DNA from: Octopus sinensis | Lineage: Eukaryota | Assembly (NCBI RefSeq): GCF_006345805.1 | Contig: NC_043001.1 | Coordinates: 89,280,001 to 89,344,000, forward strand | Direction: 5' to 3' | Length of the DNA: 64,000 bases | In this document: positions 11,685 through 23,459 of the stretch, piece after piece | Position numbering within the stretch: the first letter of the stretch is position 1 | Layout of the letters: each line of letters opens with the position of its first letter | Made by a program: the position numbers and the translations under genes | Notes under the pieces: generated by a model | Databases searched by the model: none | What the model saw: only the letters and a program-made list of their open reading frames with translations | Told to the model about the DNA's origin: nothing

Positions 11685-12470
11685 GGCGGCGAGCTGGCAG
11701 AATCATTAGCACGCTGGATGAAATGCTTAACAGTATTTCACCTGTTGCTGCATTCTGAGTTCAAATTCCACTGAAGTTGACTTTGCCTTTCCTCTTTTTG
11801 AGGGTCGATGTAATCAACTTAATCCCCTCACCTAAAGCTGTCCTTGTGGCAAAAATTTGAAATAATAATTATTATTAAGGCAACGAACTGGTAGAATCGT
11901 TAGCACACTGGATGAAATGCTTGGAGATATTTCGCCCATCTCTACGTTCTGAGTTCAAATTCTGTCGTGGTCGACTTAGCCTTTCATCCTTTCGAGATCA
12001 ATAAAATAAGTACCAGTTGAACACTGGGGTCGATGTAGTCAACTCATCCCCTCCCTCAAAATTGCTGCCCTTGTGGCAAAATTTGAAACTATTATTATTA
12101 TTGTTGTTATTATTATTAAGGCTGCAAGCTGGCAGAATCGTTAGCACATCAGGCAAAATGCTTAGCGGTATTTCGCCCATCGCTATGTTCTCAGTTCAAA
12201 TTCCACCGAGGTTGACTTTGCCTTTCATCCTTTTGGGATTGATAAATTAAGTACCAGTGAAACACTGGGGTCAATGTAATTGACTAGTCCCCTCCCTCAA
12301 AATTTCAGGCCTTGTGTCTTTAGTAGAAATAATTATTATTATCAAGCTGCGAGCTAGTAGAGTCGTTAATATGCTGGACAAAATGCTTTGCCATATTTCA
12401 TCTATCTTACATTCTGAGACTGAGGTTGACTTTGCCTTTCATGCTTTTTGAGGTGGATATTAAAAAAATA
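11321..12470. mobile_element. Array of about six family A SINEs downstream of the ANO10 stop; first copy inverted
   Basis: Minus copy at about 11321-11485, then plus copies starting near 11486, 11683, 11877, 12118 and 12345. Other dispersed copies at about 2370-2530, 16125-16330, 33850-34240, 35380-35850, 41125-41290 and 59500-59670. Confidence 0.85.
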
Positions 12471-13102
12471 CCAGTTAAGCACTTCTCAGAATTATTCAAC
12501 TATAATTATAGATAAGGACTATCAAGACATAGTTAATGAAAGTTGGTAATTAGAAGAGCCAAATCATCTCCAGATCGAATAGTTGAGAAATTCTTCCATT
12601 ATATCTCAAGCTGGTGCTAGACCAAATAACTACTGATAATAAGTAAAGTGAGCTCCTGGATACTAAGGAATTTTAGCTAAAATTACACCATGAATAAGAA
12701 AATAAACATAACCTTAGTAGACAAGCTCAGAATATAATAAAAAATAATTAGAAATAGAATGCAGGAAATGAATCTCAGAAATGAGAAGAATTACTGTTAA
12801 CCTCTCGAAACAAGGGAGATAATACGAAGGTATGCCAAGTTAATTCCCCTGAAAATGTCTGCCAACCAACACCGACAACCTCTGCTAAACAATATAATGT
12901 AATTTAAGAGATAAAAATTAAATGGAATCCACACGAAAGTTAATTACACAGATTCAACAGTCGTTTACTAACATAGAAACAAATGCATTTATTCACTTTT
13001 ATTGTAACTGAAAATCATTTAAAATTTTTACTTTGTACTTTATAATCTAACGTTGTTATAGCTAAACCGTCATATCGAACAAAATTATTCGAGAATCAGT
13101 GC

Positions 13103-13136
<34 letters not shown>

Positions 13137-13442
13137 ACTAACACCCCTGACAAACTACCTTGGTGCTTAATCTTGTTTTTACACTTGTTAAGATTTACAA
13201 AATGTTTACGAATGAAACTTTATAAAAGTTAACTTGTACTTTTTAAAACGTATTTTATAATAACTAATGAATAATAAATATGGTTTTAGATTTTTAATTC
13301 GTGTTTTATCTTGTTTTAAACATTTTTGTTCTGCTTGTTTTCTCAATCCTTCCATCTTGGATGTAAATTACACATCTGAGCAAGACTCGTAACCTTACCA
13401 CTTCAGTCATGTTTGCTATAGTTGAAGATATGTTACTTTTAA

Positions 13443-13637
13443 CTCTTTAGCATTCAGATTACTCTAGTTTATTCACATTGTTTTGAATTAATCGTGTATT
13501 ATCGCATAGCTTTGAGATTCCAATAATGGGATTCTTTGTTTTTAGAATGACGTTGTAGAGTAGGTGTGAGAGGCCAGTTTGAACATAAAACAGGACAAAA
13601 TTTTGGGGTCAGATATGGCAATTTAAATGCAAAGAGA
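13443..13637. mobile_element. Degenerate piggyBac-type MITE
   Basis: TTAA|CTCTTTAGCATTCAGATTACTC...; body homologous to the other copies. Confidence 0.7.
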
Positions 13638-13822
13638 TTAAAGAAGCAGGGACGACCAATTTGGCCACCACACAGGACTGCCAAAACCCATACTATCTCA
13701 AATTAGTTTGCTTTGTTAAGAGGTCCCTCACCAGTTTCGTGTTTCAAAGGAAAGAAGGGTATCCAAGTGTTAAAAAATATTTACTCCTGCAAATAGAGAT
13801 CTGCTCCTGTAAAGGTTGAGAT

Positions 13823-15110
13823 GTATATTAAAAACTTTTCATTTTATCAAAAATGTTCATTTAACAAACTCCAGAAACTGATAGTATTCTTGAAGTTGCA
13901 CCTTATATCATAAGCCTCAAAGTTATAGAGCTATTTGGTCTAATAGCATTTATTCATTCAATAAATAATTTTTTTATATTATGTATATAGAAAAAATTGG
14001 GTTTTACAAAAAGCAAATCAAAACTTGAAATGAATATATATTAAATTATCATTAATGAAAATAGAGGCTTTATAACAACTGATAAACATATTTAAAGACT
14101 ATAAAAACTGCTAGTTGTATATTGTATCATGTCAAAGTTTCATTAAGTTATTAGTTTAAATGATGGCAAGCTACACCTTAAAGATTACAAACGGAAACAA
14201 CTTGAGTTTTCCTCCTGTGTATCACTTATAATTCTTTTGTACAATAACTGTTTCCATCTTTTGAATCTAAGTTCTGAATCTGTTATTGAAGAAAGATATT
14301 TTTTACAATCGTTATGGTAAAGAAAATAAATTACAAAAGTAAAAGTCGTCTACATTAGGAAATTACAAATTTTTATATATTATTGTCACCACCATCATCA
14401 TAATCATCTTTTAACATCCATCTTCCATGCTGGCATGGGTCAGATGGTTTGACAGGATCGAGCAGGTATAAAGATGATGTAATATTCCAACATCAGTATG
14501 GTTTCTACAACTGGATAACAATTCAGTGTATGCAACTGAAACATCCAGTTAAAAAGATACGTCTAATATATAATGGAGAAAGCTGCTTATTAATTAGGTA
14601 TGCAACAGTTACTAAAAGAAAGCAATTATTTAAAGGCTTGATTGTCTGGAAATTTTGTTTTTTATAAATTCATGTGCCAAGAAATTTCCTGTAATTTCGA
14701 TTTCTGATGTTTATTAAATATTTGAACTACAAGTTCTTCACAAGTTTAAATATTCATTGCATTCATTGTGGAGTAGATTTAATAAACAATATTAATTCAT
14801 TGCAGGTGAAAATTTCCATTTTCATTTGCAACAGTCTCTCACTCTCTCTCGCCTCTACTTCCATTAATGATAATTTAATATATATTCATTTCAATGTTTT
14901 CATTTCAAGTTTTGATTTGCTTTTTGCAAAAACCATTTTTTTCTATATACATAATGTAAAAAAATTATTTATTGAATGAATAAATGCTGTTAGACAAAAT
15001 AGCTGTATAACTTTGAGGCTTATGAGATGAGGTGCAACTTCAAGAATAATATCAGTTTTTGGAGTTTGTTAAATGAACATTTTTGATAAAATGAACATTT
15101 TTTAATATAC
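13823..15110. repeat. Long inverted repeat: arms 13823-14068 and 14851-15110
   Basis: Reverse complement aligned by eye at roughly 90% identity, with one small insertion in the right arm; spacer about 780 bp. Confidence 0.9.
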
Positions 15111-15623
15111 TGGTATAATTTTTCTTTTTTAAATTAAGAAGTGATTTAGTTGGTATGGCTGTTTGGAACACTATAAGCCTTACAATAATAACTATGTGAT
15201 TGCTGCTATTTCTAGTATGTTTAAAAAAATTTGTTTAAAAAGTTTGTTTAAATTAGAGATATATTACAACTATGATAAATTACTGAAATATTTACTAAGC
15301 GAGATTTTTTATAAATTGAAGTTTTTAGGAAAATTTACTTTCTGAACTTCCTCTTATTGAATATTTCAAGTTCACAAATTTAAATATTTGGTACAATATA
15401 GTTTTTAAAAAAGCTTTTATTTATATGATTTTTTTCATTTCGTGTTTATTTCATTTATTGTTTGCAATGTTCTCTCTCATTCTCTCTCACTCACACACAC
15501 ACACTGTCTCTCTAATATAAACACACACATGCCAGGTTTGACTAGCAGAAAACCGTCTGAAGGGTGGTCTTTCTACTAGTATATATAATTCAAATATATA
15601 TATATGTTACATACATATATATA

Positions 15624-15770
15624 GGTGCAAGAGTATGGTAAGAAGCTTGCTTTCCAACCACATTGTTCTGGTTTCAGTTCCATTGCATGGCACCTTGGTT
15701 GCCTTCTACTATAGCCTCGGGCCGACCAAAACCTTGCGAATGGTTTTGGTAGATGGAAACTGAAAGAAGC

Positions 15771-15807
<37 letters not shown>

Positions 15808-16026
15808 GTGTGTGTTTGTGTATGTATATATTTGTGTGTGTCTGTGCTTGTCTCCCCCACCATCACTTGACAACTGATGTTGGTGTATTTGTCTCCATAA
15901 CTTAGCAGTTCAGCATAAGAGACCAATAGAATAAGTACTAGGCTTAAAAAGAATAAGAACTGGGGTTGATTTGTTCGACTAAAGGTGGTACTCCAGCATG
16001 GCCACAGTCAAATGACTGTAAAAGAA
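15624..16026 (+). mobile_element. Full-length tRNA-derived SINE family B (tRNA head, central TA/TG microsatellite, LINE-like tail)
   Basis: Head TGGTAAGAAGCTTGC...GGTTTCAGTTCC, then GGCACCTTGG, (TA)n(TG)n, and tail CCAGCATGGCCACAGTCAAATGACTG. Partial copies at about 60-240, 2600-2790, 31490-31640, 34300-34445, 44460-44630, 52400-52640, 53060-53390, 53915-54106, 55070-55230 and 55620-55740. Confidence 0.8.
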
Positions 16027-16850
16027 TATACATATGTATGTATATACCCAATCTCAAGAGAATAAGCCTTATAAAGCAGATGACTAAGGACTGAGATATC
16101 TGGCGCATTACTGTACTCAAGAGCAGTGAGCTGGCAGAAATGTTAGCGCACCAGGTGAAATGCTTAGCGGTATTTCGTCTGCCGTTACGTTCTGAGTTCA
16201 AACTCCACCGAGGTCAACTTTGCCTTTCATCCTTTCGGGGGATAAATTAAGTACCAGTTAAGTAATCGACTTAATCCATTTGTCTGTCCTTGTTTGTCAC
16301 CTCTATGTTTAGCCCCTTGTGAGCAATGAAAAAATAAGAGCATTCATTTGCCACAGCAGAATTGACACCAGTGCTGATGGCACATAAAAGCACTCATACT
16401 AGTGCCACATTCAAAACACAGGTGATAGTGCCACTCAAAAAGCATCCAGTACACTCTGTGGAGTGGTTGGATTGAGGAAGGACATCAAGCCGTAGAAGCC
16501 ATGCCAGAACAGACAATAGAGCTTGGTGAGGACCCTGGCCCAACCAGCTCTGGTCAAACCATCCAACCCATGCCGGCATGGAAAATGGACATTAAAGGAT
16601 GATGATGATATGTGTTATTAAAAAAAAATGGACTAATGTTTCTTGATCAAATGAAATATTTAGCTCTACACTTGTGTGAAATTCCTTGTTCGTTTACATT
16701 ACTCAGTGTTTTTAAGGTATCTTATAAACACACAAACCATCTGTATGGATATGTGTGCACATGCATACACATATATGTGCACATAACAGATACAGTAATT
16801 GAAAACAAGTAAAACAAAAAAAATCAACCAGAAACTAGTTTTGGAAGGTC

Positions 16851-16856
16851 TTTATT
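16851..16856 (-). terminator. Probable polyadenylation signal of the LRP12-like gene (3' UTR about 1.2 kb)
   Basis: AATAAA on minus followed 20-50 nt later by a GU/U-rich tract (tttctggttgatttttttttgttttacttgttttc). Confidence 0.6.
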
Positions 16857-17836
16857 CACCAATTTGGTTTTACCAATAAACTGTTTCTTAAAGAAATTTG
16901 TTGCAGTCAAAAATATAAAATTGTTTGTTTGTTATTGTTGTTGTTTTTATGGAGCTTTGATGGTCAAAGGGGGCTGGAGTAGAGCAATGAAAAAGCATTT
17001 AGTAACATATATCTATATATATTTAATATATATAATGTTACCAGTGTTGGGTCTAGCTGTAAGAAATTAATTCTGCAAATAGATTAATTAGAAATTAATA
17101 TTATTCATCTGGTTCTGTTTGATCATTTTTTTTAAATTACATTTTTTTATTTACTTTGTTTTTTTCATGTGTCTGTGTGTTTATGTTTGTGTGAGTGTGT
17201 ATGGAGTTTTCTGTATTTCTGTATAGTTTTCAAAAAAGAGCTATGTTGGCCTTGCTGAAACCAGCTTCAGTTGACCAAATTTCTTACACTAGATCCCAGT
17301 GGAACGCTGCTGAAGATATACACTCTTTTTACTACCAGCCATTGAAGAGTCAACAGAAGAACAGAGAAAATCCTGACAAAAAAATGTTATGCCATTCGGT
17401 ATTTGAACTTTCTTCCTTGCCCTCCACTCCACTGCTAATTCAGCCTTCTTGCCTTCCTAATTTCTGCATACCTCTCCCTCCATCTCGCTCGCTTCCAAGT
17501 CTTCTTCCAGTGGCTTTACAAGAAGAAAAAAATTAACAAGTTTAAGTTGAGTTGATTTTAGTCCCTCAACTCAAACCCAACCTTGTATATCTCAGATAAT
17601 TGGTCAATCAGTCGGTCAGTCAGGCAGTTAGTCAACATTGACATATCTGTCTATATATGTCTTTGCTAATTTATTCTTCAACAATAAAATCTCCTCATCT
17701 GGGCATAAACAAAATCACAGTCGTGATACCAATTCCAAATTTCAAACAGATGGGAGCTTTATTTTCAAAGACATGAAATTTCTATTTATCATTATTATTA
17801 TTATTATTGTTATCGTCAACATCGACATCATCAATA

Positions 17837-17877
<41 letters not shown>

Positions 17878-18039
17878 GCAAACAGTAATATTTTGAATGT
17901 TTTGTTTTTTTTTTTTTGGCTGAGAGTTAGAGAAAAAAAGCGAGACTCAAGAGAAGAACTCAACTCCTCTGATAATACTCAAGTGTACTCAAGTGGAAGG
18001 GAGGGGTTCAACAAAAATGGAAGGTGCTGACAGACACAG

Positions 18040-19196
18040 TTAAATTGCAGTCAAACTATCACTGGTGTTTATACAATCGCTGGGAACTTGCTCTGATTGG
18101 CTGGAATTCAATGAGTCACAGGAGCCAATTCTGAAGTGGAGGCTGGGCATGTGTATTGCATTGCTGTCATTCAGGTTGGTATGACAACAGTCGCTGGACG
18201 TGCTGCCCACTTGAGACAAAATTGCCGACCTTTTGTCATCATCATCGTTGCCCATCACAATTTCACTGCTGAGTCGCTCGACAAGTTCAGTGGTGCCAGT
18301 AACGTCGTTATCACAGATGGCGCTGGCCATTTCTATATTGTTAGAGTCAGTGAAGTTGAGGAGAGGCTCACTGGAGATTCTGCCGCAGATCTTCACCGGA
18401 GATGGATGCCGCCAGCAAGCTGTGATGTCCTCTGAACTAAACTGAACCTGTTCTCGCTCAATATCTCCATTCCGCCCCTCTCTACCTGGCCCTCCACCAC
18501 TGCTACCTCTGTTATTGCCACCACCACCACCACCTCCACTGCTGCCACCACCAATGTTGCTGTTGTTTCTGCCACCATTACTCTCCACATCAGTTTGTCG
18601 GTTTGCTCGTTCAACCCGGTGTGTTTCGTCTCGAGTTTCCGACTGCTCAGAATCAGACGACTCACTGGGTAGAAGAAGGGTGGTAGTTGATCCTTGCCTA
18701 TCAAAGTCAGTGTTTGTGCTATTTACAGTGTCGTCTTGGCCGTCTGTAATTAGAGGAACATCTGACCCATCACAGCCTTCCTCGGTTGCGGGCCTCTCTG
18801 TTGCCGTGACAACTGCAGGATTCTGTTCCACAAGTTCGGCTGTTGTTTGGCTGCTCTCGGTCAAACAGCTTCTTGATCGCGAACTGGAATTCGATGAGCG
18901 GTGACGACTGCGGTTGCTACGTCTCGAGTGACGTCTGCGCTCCTGGAAAATACGCTGGGCTTCTTCAAACGGCATTGACGTAATCATCGCCTCACAATAG
19001 GAAGGAGGTGCCGGGCGTCGCATAAACTCCGACTGCCAGTGGGTGAGTGGGCCCCCAGGTTCGGTCAGTCGCAGGCGGTGCCGGTCACGGTGCCGCAGAG
19101 AGTTCAGTTTACAGGTAAATCCAAGGGCAATGACCAATAGCAGGGCACATGTGAGAGAACCAACCACAGCTACCAATATCACTCTGTTGGAACTGC
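18040..19196 (-). CDS. LRP12: LRP12-like receptor terminal exon: transmembrane helix and long cytoplasmic tail
   Basis: tttttcttctctcttccag|GC acceptor, in frame with ORF 18040..19182. VILVAVVGSLTCALLLVIALGFTCKL closely matches LRP12 VITAAVIGSLICGLLLVIALGCTCKL, and RRPAPPSY matches RREAPPSY. Stop TAA at 18042-18040. Confidence 0.95.
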
Positions 19197-21042
19197 CTGG
19201 AAGAGAGAAGAAAAAGACTGGATCAATAATGAGGTTAACTGCATTGGTATATAAAGATTGGTTATATTAGAATCAGTAGTAATAGAGAAGAGACGATGAT
19301 GATGAGGAAAGGAAAGAGATTGTCATAATGTAGAAAGGAAAAGATAACTACAAAGAGAAGAGAATAAAAGGTGGCATTAGACAGAAGTGAATGAAAAGTG
19401 ACTCCAGAGAGAAGTGAATGAGGAAATGTGATTAGAGAGAGGTTAGAGAGGAAAAGTGATTGTAAAGAGGGGAAGTGTGACTGTAGAGAGGGGCAAGAGT
19501 GGAAAGGTGACTATACAGAGAGAAGAGAGGGGAAGTATAAGTGTGGAAGATGAGATGAAAGGACACTTCTAAAGAAGAACACAAGATGAGAGTGTAGTTG
19601 TGATGAGGAAAAGAGATGGTAGAGAAGGAGTAACTGTAAAGTGAGTGACTGTAGAAATAGTGAAAGGAGAAAGATTGTTGACTATGTAGTAGGCAAATGT
19701 GAACATATATACATAAGCATATCTCTATTTGTACATATGTGCAAGTACATCTAACTAGTGTGTGTGTATATACACAGTTATAGATATTGCACCTGGAATG
19801 AAGAGGGGGTCAAGATTTTTAAAGTTTTCTTATGCAAAGACTTACCATTTCCAACACAAACATCAGGAAACTGAAAGTCAACTTGTCACCAACTAATCAA
19901 GTGAACATGCAAGCCAGATAGACTTCTCGCCCAGCAAGCAACAAGACAGACAGCAGGTTGTGAATATCAAGTTATTTCTGGTGACGAATGTACCACTCAA
20001 GATTGACAAGTGGTTAATGACTTTGGGATAAGTGCCTGACAGAGTCAAAGACACAAGATAAACTTGAAAAAGAAGTAATGCTGAAAGATACCTTGACTTT
20101 ACATGGGTTCAAATAAGTACCAGGTGACACATATGACAAAGAAGACAGAGACTAGAAAGTGGTAGTTTCTGCAAGATATCCTGCTGTAAGCCATAGTCCA
20201 GACCTGTGGTTGTAGCCAAGCAAGAGAGATGCCTCAGAAATCCAGAATGATAAAAAATCTGAAGTGAACATGCAGTGGAGAATGAGCCTGATCTTTAGTA
20301 AAAACAATGATGAGTCTGGACATGTTTCAATCATACTGGACCTCCTCAGTGAAGCATGGACAAACTCATATGTTCTTCATGTAGAAGTTATCTCAGAATA
20401 ATTTGCCCATCATGGTTGCAAAATTGCTTCATCAGTGTATAATTATCTGCCAAAATCTATGTAATCTCTCAATTATTCTTTAGATCTGGCAAGTACAAGT
20501 AAGACAATGCATTGCTAAGGAGGTCAAATATCAGAATGTTACTACACTTGCCAAAGATGAGGCTCACTCCTAACTACATACTTCCATTCAATTTCCAATT
20601 GATTGAGATTTCTGAATTGTTTAAGTTGCCTTTCTTAAAGATGATTATCATTAATACTTACGACTTTTCTCTTCATTAAGGATAGACGTGGCATATTTGA
20701 AACAAGTTAACTCAATAATGGACTCAAATGATAATTGATCATGGAGTACCAACAGCAGAAGTTCTCCAAAGTCAGACATGTTGCAAGGCTCACAGGCAAC
20801 AGGTGCACCCATGCAGTTGACAAGTGTTATGCAAGAAATCATAAGAGACCACTTGAGAAACCTCCATGATAATAAGAAGTTAACACAGCAAAACAATTTG
20901 GGCCCAAATAGAAGAATAAGAAGAATGAAAGTTCAGTGTGACCAGCAATGTTTAGGGACATCTGACAGCCTGGGTGATAAGAAAATATAGACATGCCTGT
21001 GTGTATATATGTATGTGAGAGTGTGAATGTGTGTATCTATAT

Positions 21043-21443
21043 CAAGCACGTGACATCAGTAATTACTCAAGGTAGGCAGTTGGTGACCTTTATGTAGTAA
21101 AACACAAAAAATAAGTGAAACACAGGCAAGCGACTGAGTTGAAGGCAGATTTACTTCATCCTTTATATTACATAAAGAAAACGGTGTTGTAGGAGTGTAT
21201 GCAGCACACGTACTACAGTAGTACTTTGCATAGCTTAAATACTGAGATTGAAAGGCAGGGGCGAATTATGCCTACCTAATCTACAAAAAGATAAAATATT
21301 TCACATTTTATAAATAGTAATCAGAGTAACCTAAATTTATTGAATTAGGTGCATATCTTGCTATAAAAGGAAAATGTTGCTATCGATCTATTTTATTCAA
21401 GGTAGGCACTGCCTACCTTGTCTACTTAGGTGGCATGTCCCTG
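21043..21443 (-). mobile_element. hAT-like MITE, second copy
   Basis: 8-bp flanks atctatat/atgtatat (7/8) fit a hAT target-site duplication; homologous throughout to 5775-6173. Confidence 0.75.
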
Positions 21444-21512
21444 ATGTATATATGTGTGAGTGTGTGCGTATGTATATATGTTTGTGTGTATGAATGAATC
21501 AACACCACTCAC

Positions 21513-21635
21513 CAGGACAGTTCATCTCATCACTGTTGTCTCCACAATCATCTGTGTAGTCACATTTCCAGTTCTCATAGATACAGCGACTGTTCTTACA
21601 CAGGAATGTACCATTGAAGCCACACCGGTCTGGGG
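21513..21635 (-). CDS. LRP12: LRP12-like receptor, LDLa repeat 5 (phase 1/1)
   Basis: atatttcag|CC acceptor and G|gtgagt donor; 123 nt. [40 protein letters not shown]. Confidence 0.95.
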
Positions 21636-21933
21636 CTGAAATATAACACACAAACATATCACAACTTACTGTTGTGCACAGAAGATATAAATACACCTAC
21701 ACACATATATATTTTATATTGGTTGAGTCAGTCTCTTGCTACTCTGAGTTTCACTTGTAGATGCACAGCATCTTCAAGCAAGTTATGACTCATAACAGGC
21801 AAGAAGATCTTGTGCACTTACAGGTGAAACTCAGAGTAGCAAGAGAGTGACTCAACCAAAATAAAATATATTATCATATATTATTAATGTACTGAATACT
21901 CTTTTCCCCAGGCAGATATATATATATATATAT

Positions 21934-22769
21934 CATCATCATCATCATCATCGTTTAACGTCCGCTTTCCATGCTAGCATGGGTTGGACGGTTCAACTGG
22001 GGTCTGGGAAGCCCGAAGGCTGCACCAGGCCAGTCAGATGTGGCAGTGTTTCTACAGCTGGATGCCCTTCCTAACGCCAACCACTCGAGAGTGTAGTGGG
22101 TGATTTTATGTGCCACCGACACAGGTGCCAGACGAGGCTGGCAGACGCCACGCTCGGATGGTGTTTTTTATGTGCCACCGACACAGGTGCCAGACGAGGC
22201 TGGCAGACGGCCACGCTCGGATGGTGTTTTTTATGTGCCACCGACACAGGTGCCAGACGAGGCTGGCAGACGGCCACGCTCGGATGTGTTTTTTATGTGC
22301 CACCGACACAGGTGCCAGACGAGGCTGGCAGACGGCCACGCTCGGATGGTGTTTTCTTATGTGTCACCGACACAGGTGCTAGACGAGGCTGGCGGACGGC
22401 CACGCTCGGATGGTGTTTGTTACGTGCCTCAGCACGGAGGCCAGTCATTGCGGTACTGGCTACGGTCACGTTCGGATGGTTTTCTTATGTGCCACCGGCA
22501 CTGGTACCACAAGGATACAAATTCCATTGATGTTCATCTATTTTGATTTGGTTCGATTTGATTTGATACGATTCGATTCGATTCTCACTTGCCTCAACAG
22601 GTCTTCACAAGTGTCACAAGAAGGAAGGTATGCACAGGTGGACTGACTACGTCCAGGTAGGGGCCACGGATTATGGCTTCACTAGTCTTGCCGGGTCTTC
22701 TCACGCACAGCATACTTCCATAGGTCTCGGTCTCTAGTCATTTCCATGGTGAGACCTAACGTCCGAAGG

Positions 22770-22772
<3 letters not shown>
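21934..22772 (-). mobile_element. RTE-type 3' end with (GAT)n tail and internal VNTR; family also at about 14390-14540, 16370-16610, 25375-25600, 31930-32420, 55765-55990, 58600-58790
   Basis: Minus strand begins DLRTLGLTMEMTRDRDLWKYAVREKTRQD* (RTE C-terminus pattern), then UTR with TTAGGAAGGGCATCCAGC and CCCATGCTAGCATGGAAA...(GAT)n. Confidence 0.75.
22104..22505 (+). repeat. GC-rich minisatellite, 62-65 bp unit, about 6.3 copies
   Basis: ATGTGCCACCGACACAGGTGCCAGACGAGGCTGGCAGACGGCCACGCTCGGATGGTG at 22108, 22170, 22233, 22295 and 22359; diverged copies at 22422 and 22487. Confidence 0.95.
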
Positions 22773-22836
<64 letters not shown>

Positions 22837-23459
22837 AAATCAAAAATAAAAACAGGAAAAACAACAAAAGTCAAAATGATGCTCAGAGAAAGTTTAAGAT
22901 GAAAGAAAGAGGTGGGTTGACATTTCAAGCATGGCACTTCTTCAAAAAACAAAAAACGGGAAAAGTCCAGAGAAAAGGAAAAGAGTAGTCTGAGAAAAGC
23001 ATGTGCATCATTACATTCAGAGTTTAAGAGAACAAGAATAAGAAGTTATTAAAATCATTTTAAATTCTCCTAACACATGAGTATGTTTTAAACATAGTCT
23101 TCCTGTGTATTATTACTAATAAAAAGCTGAAGGTAAGTATATGATTCATTCCTTGCAAGCTTATGCATGTCCTCAGCAGTCATGGCCCATACTTTATTTT
23201 ATTGACCCCAGAAGAATGAAAGGCTAAGCTGGACTTGAACCCAGGATATAAATGGAAATCAACCCATCACTCTACTGACTTTGCCATGAAAGTGCATGGT
23301 CTTATGGTTAGGGTGCTCGGCTTATAATCATTAAGGCTGTGAGATCAATTCCTGAATCAGGTAGCATATTGTGTTCAGGAGCAATTCACATTCTCCCCTC
23401 AAATATTACTAAAGTCACAGAAAACCATGAACACCACTATATCAAATAGCTATATAAGA

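Noticed and set aside
17195-17536. 113-aa plus-strand ORF in the LRP12-like 3' UTR
   Set aside because: Non-ATG start, no recognisable domain; consistent with chance.
17990-18042. Stop-codon readthrough of the LRP12-like gene (TAA-C, 16-aa extension)
   Set aside because: UAA is the least leaky stop and there is no supporting structure or conservation evidence.
18136-19270. Plus-strand ORFs antisense to the LRP12-like last exon
   Set aside because: Shadow frames of a GC-rich coding exon.
20405-20440. CTGATGAAGCAATTTTGC on minus, resembling a hammerhead start
   Set aside because: No GAAA after the stem and no stem I; it lies in degraded LINE-like sequence.
22071-22646. Overlapping repetitive ORFs in all frames
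   Set aside because: Products of the 62-64 bp VNTR inside an RTE UTR. The array is not CRISPR: units are contiguous with no unique spacers.
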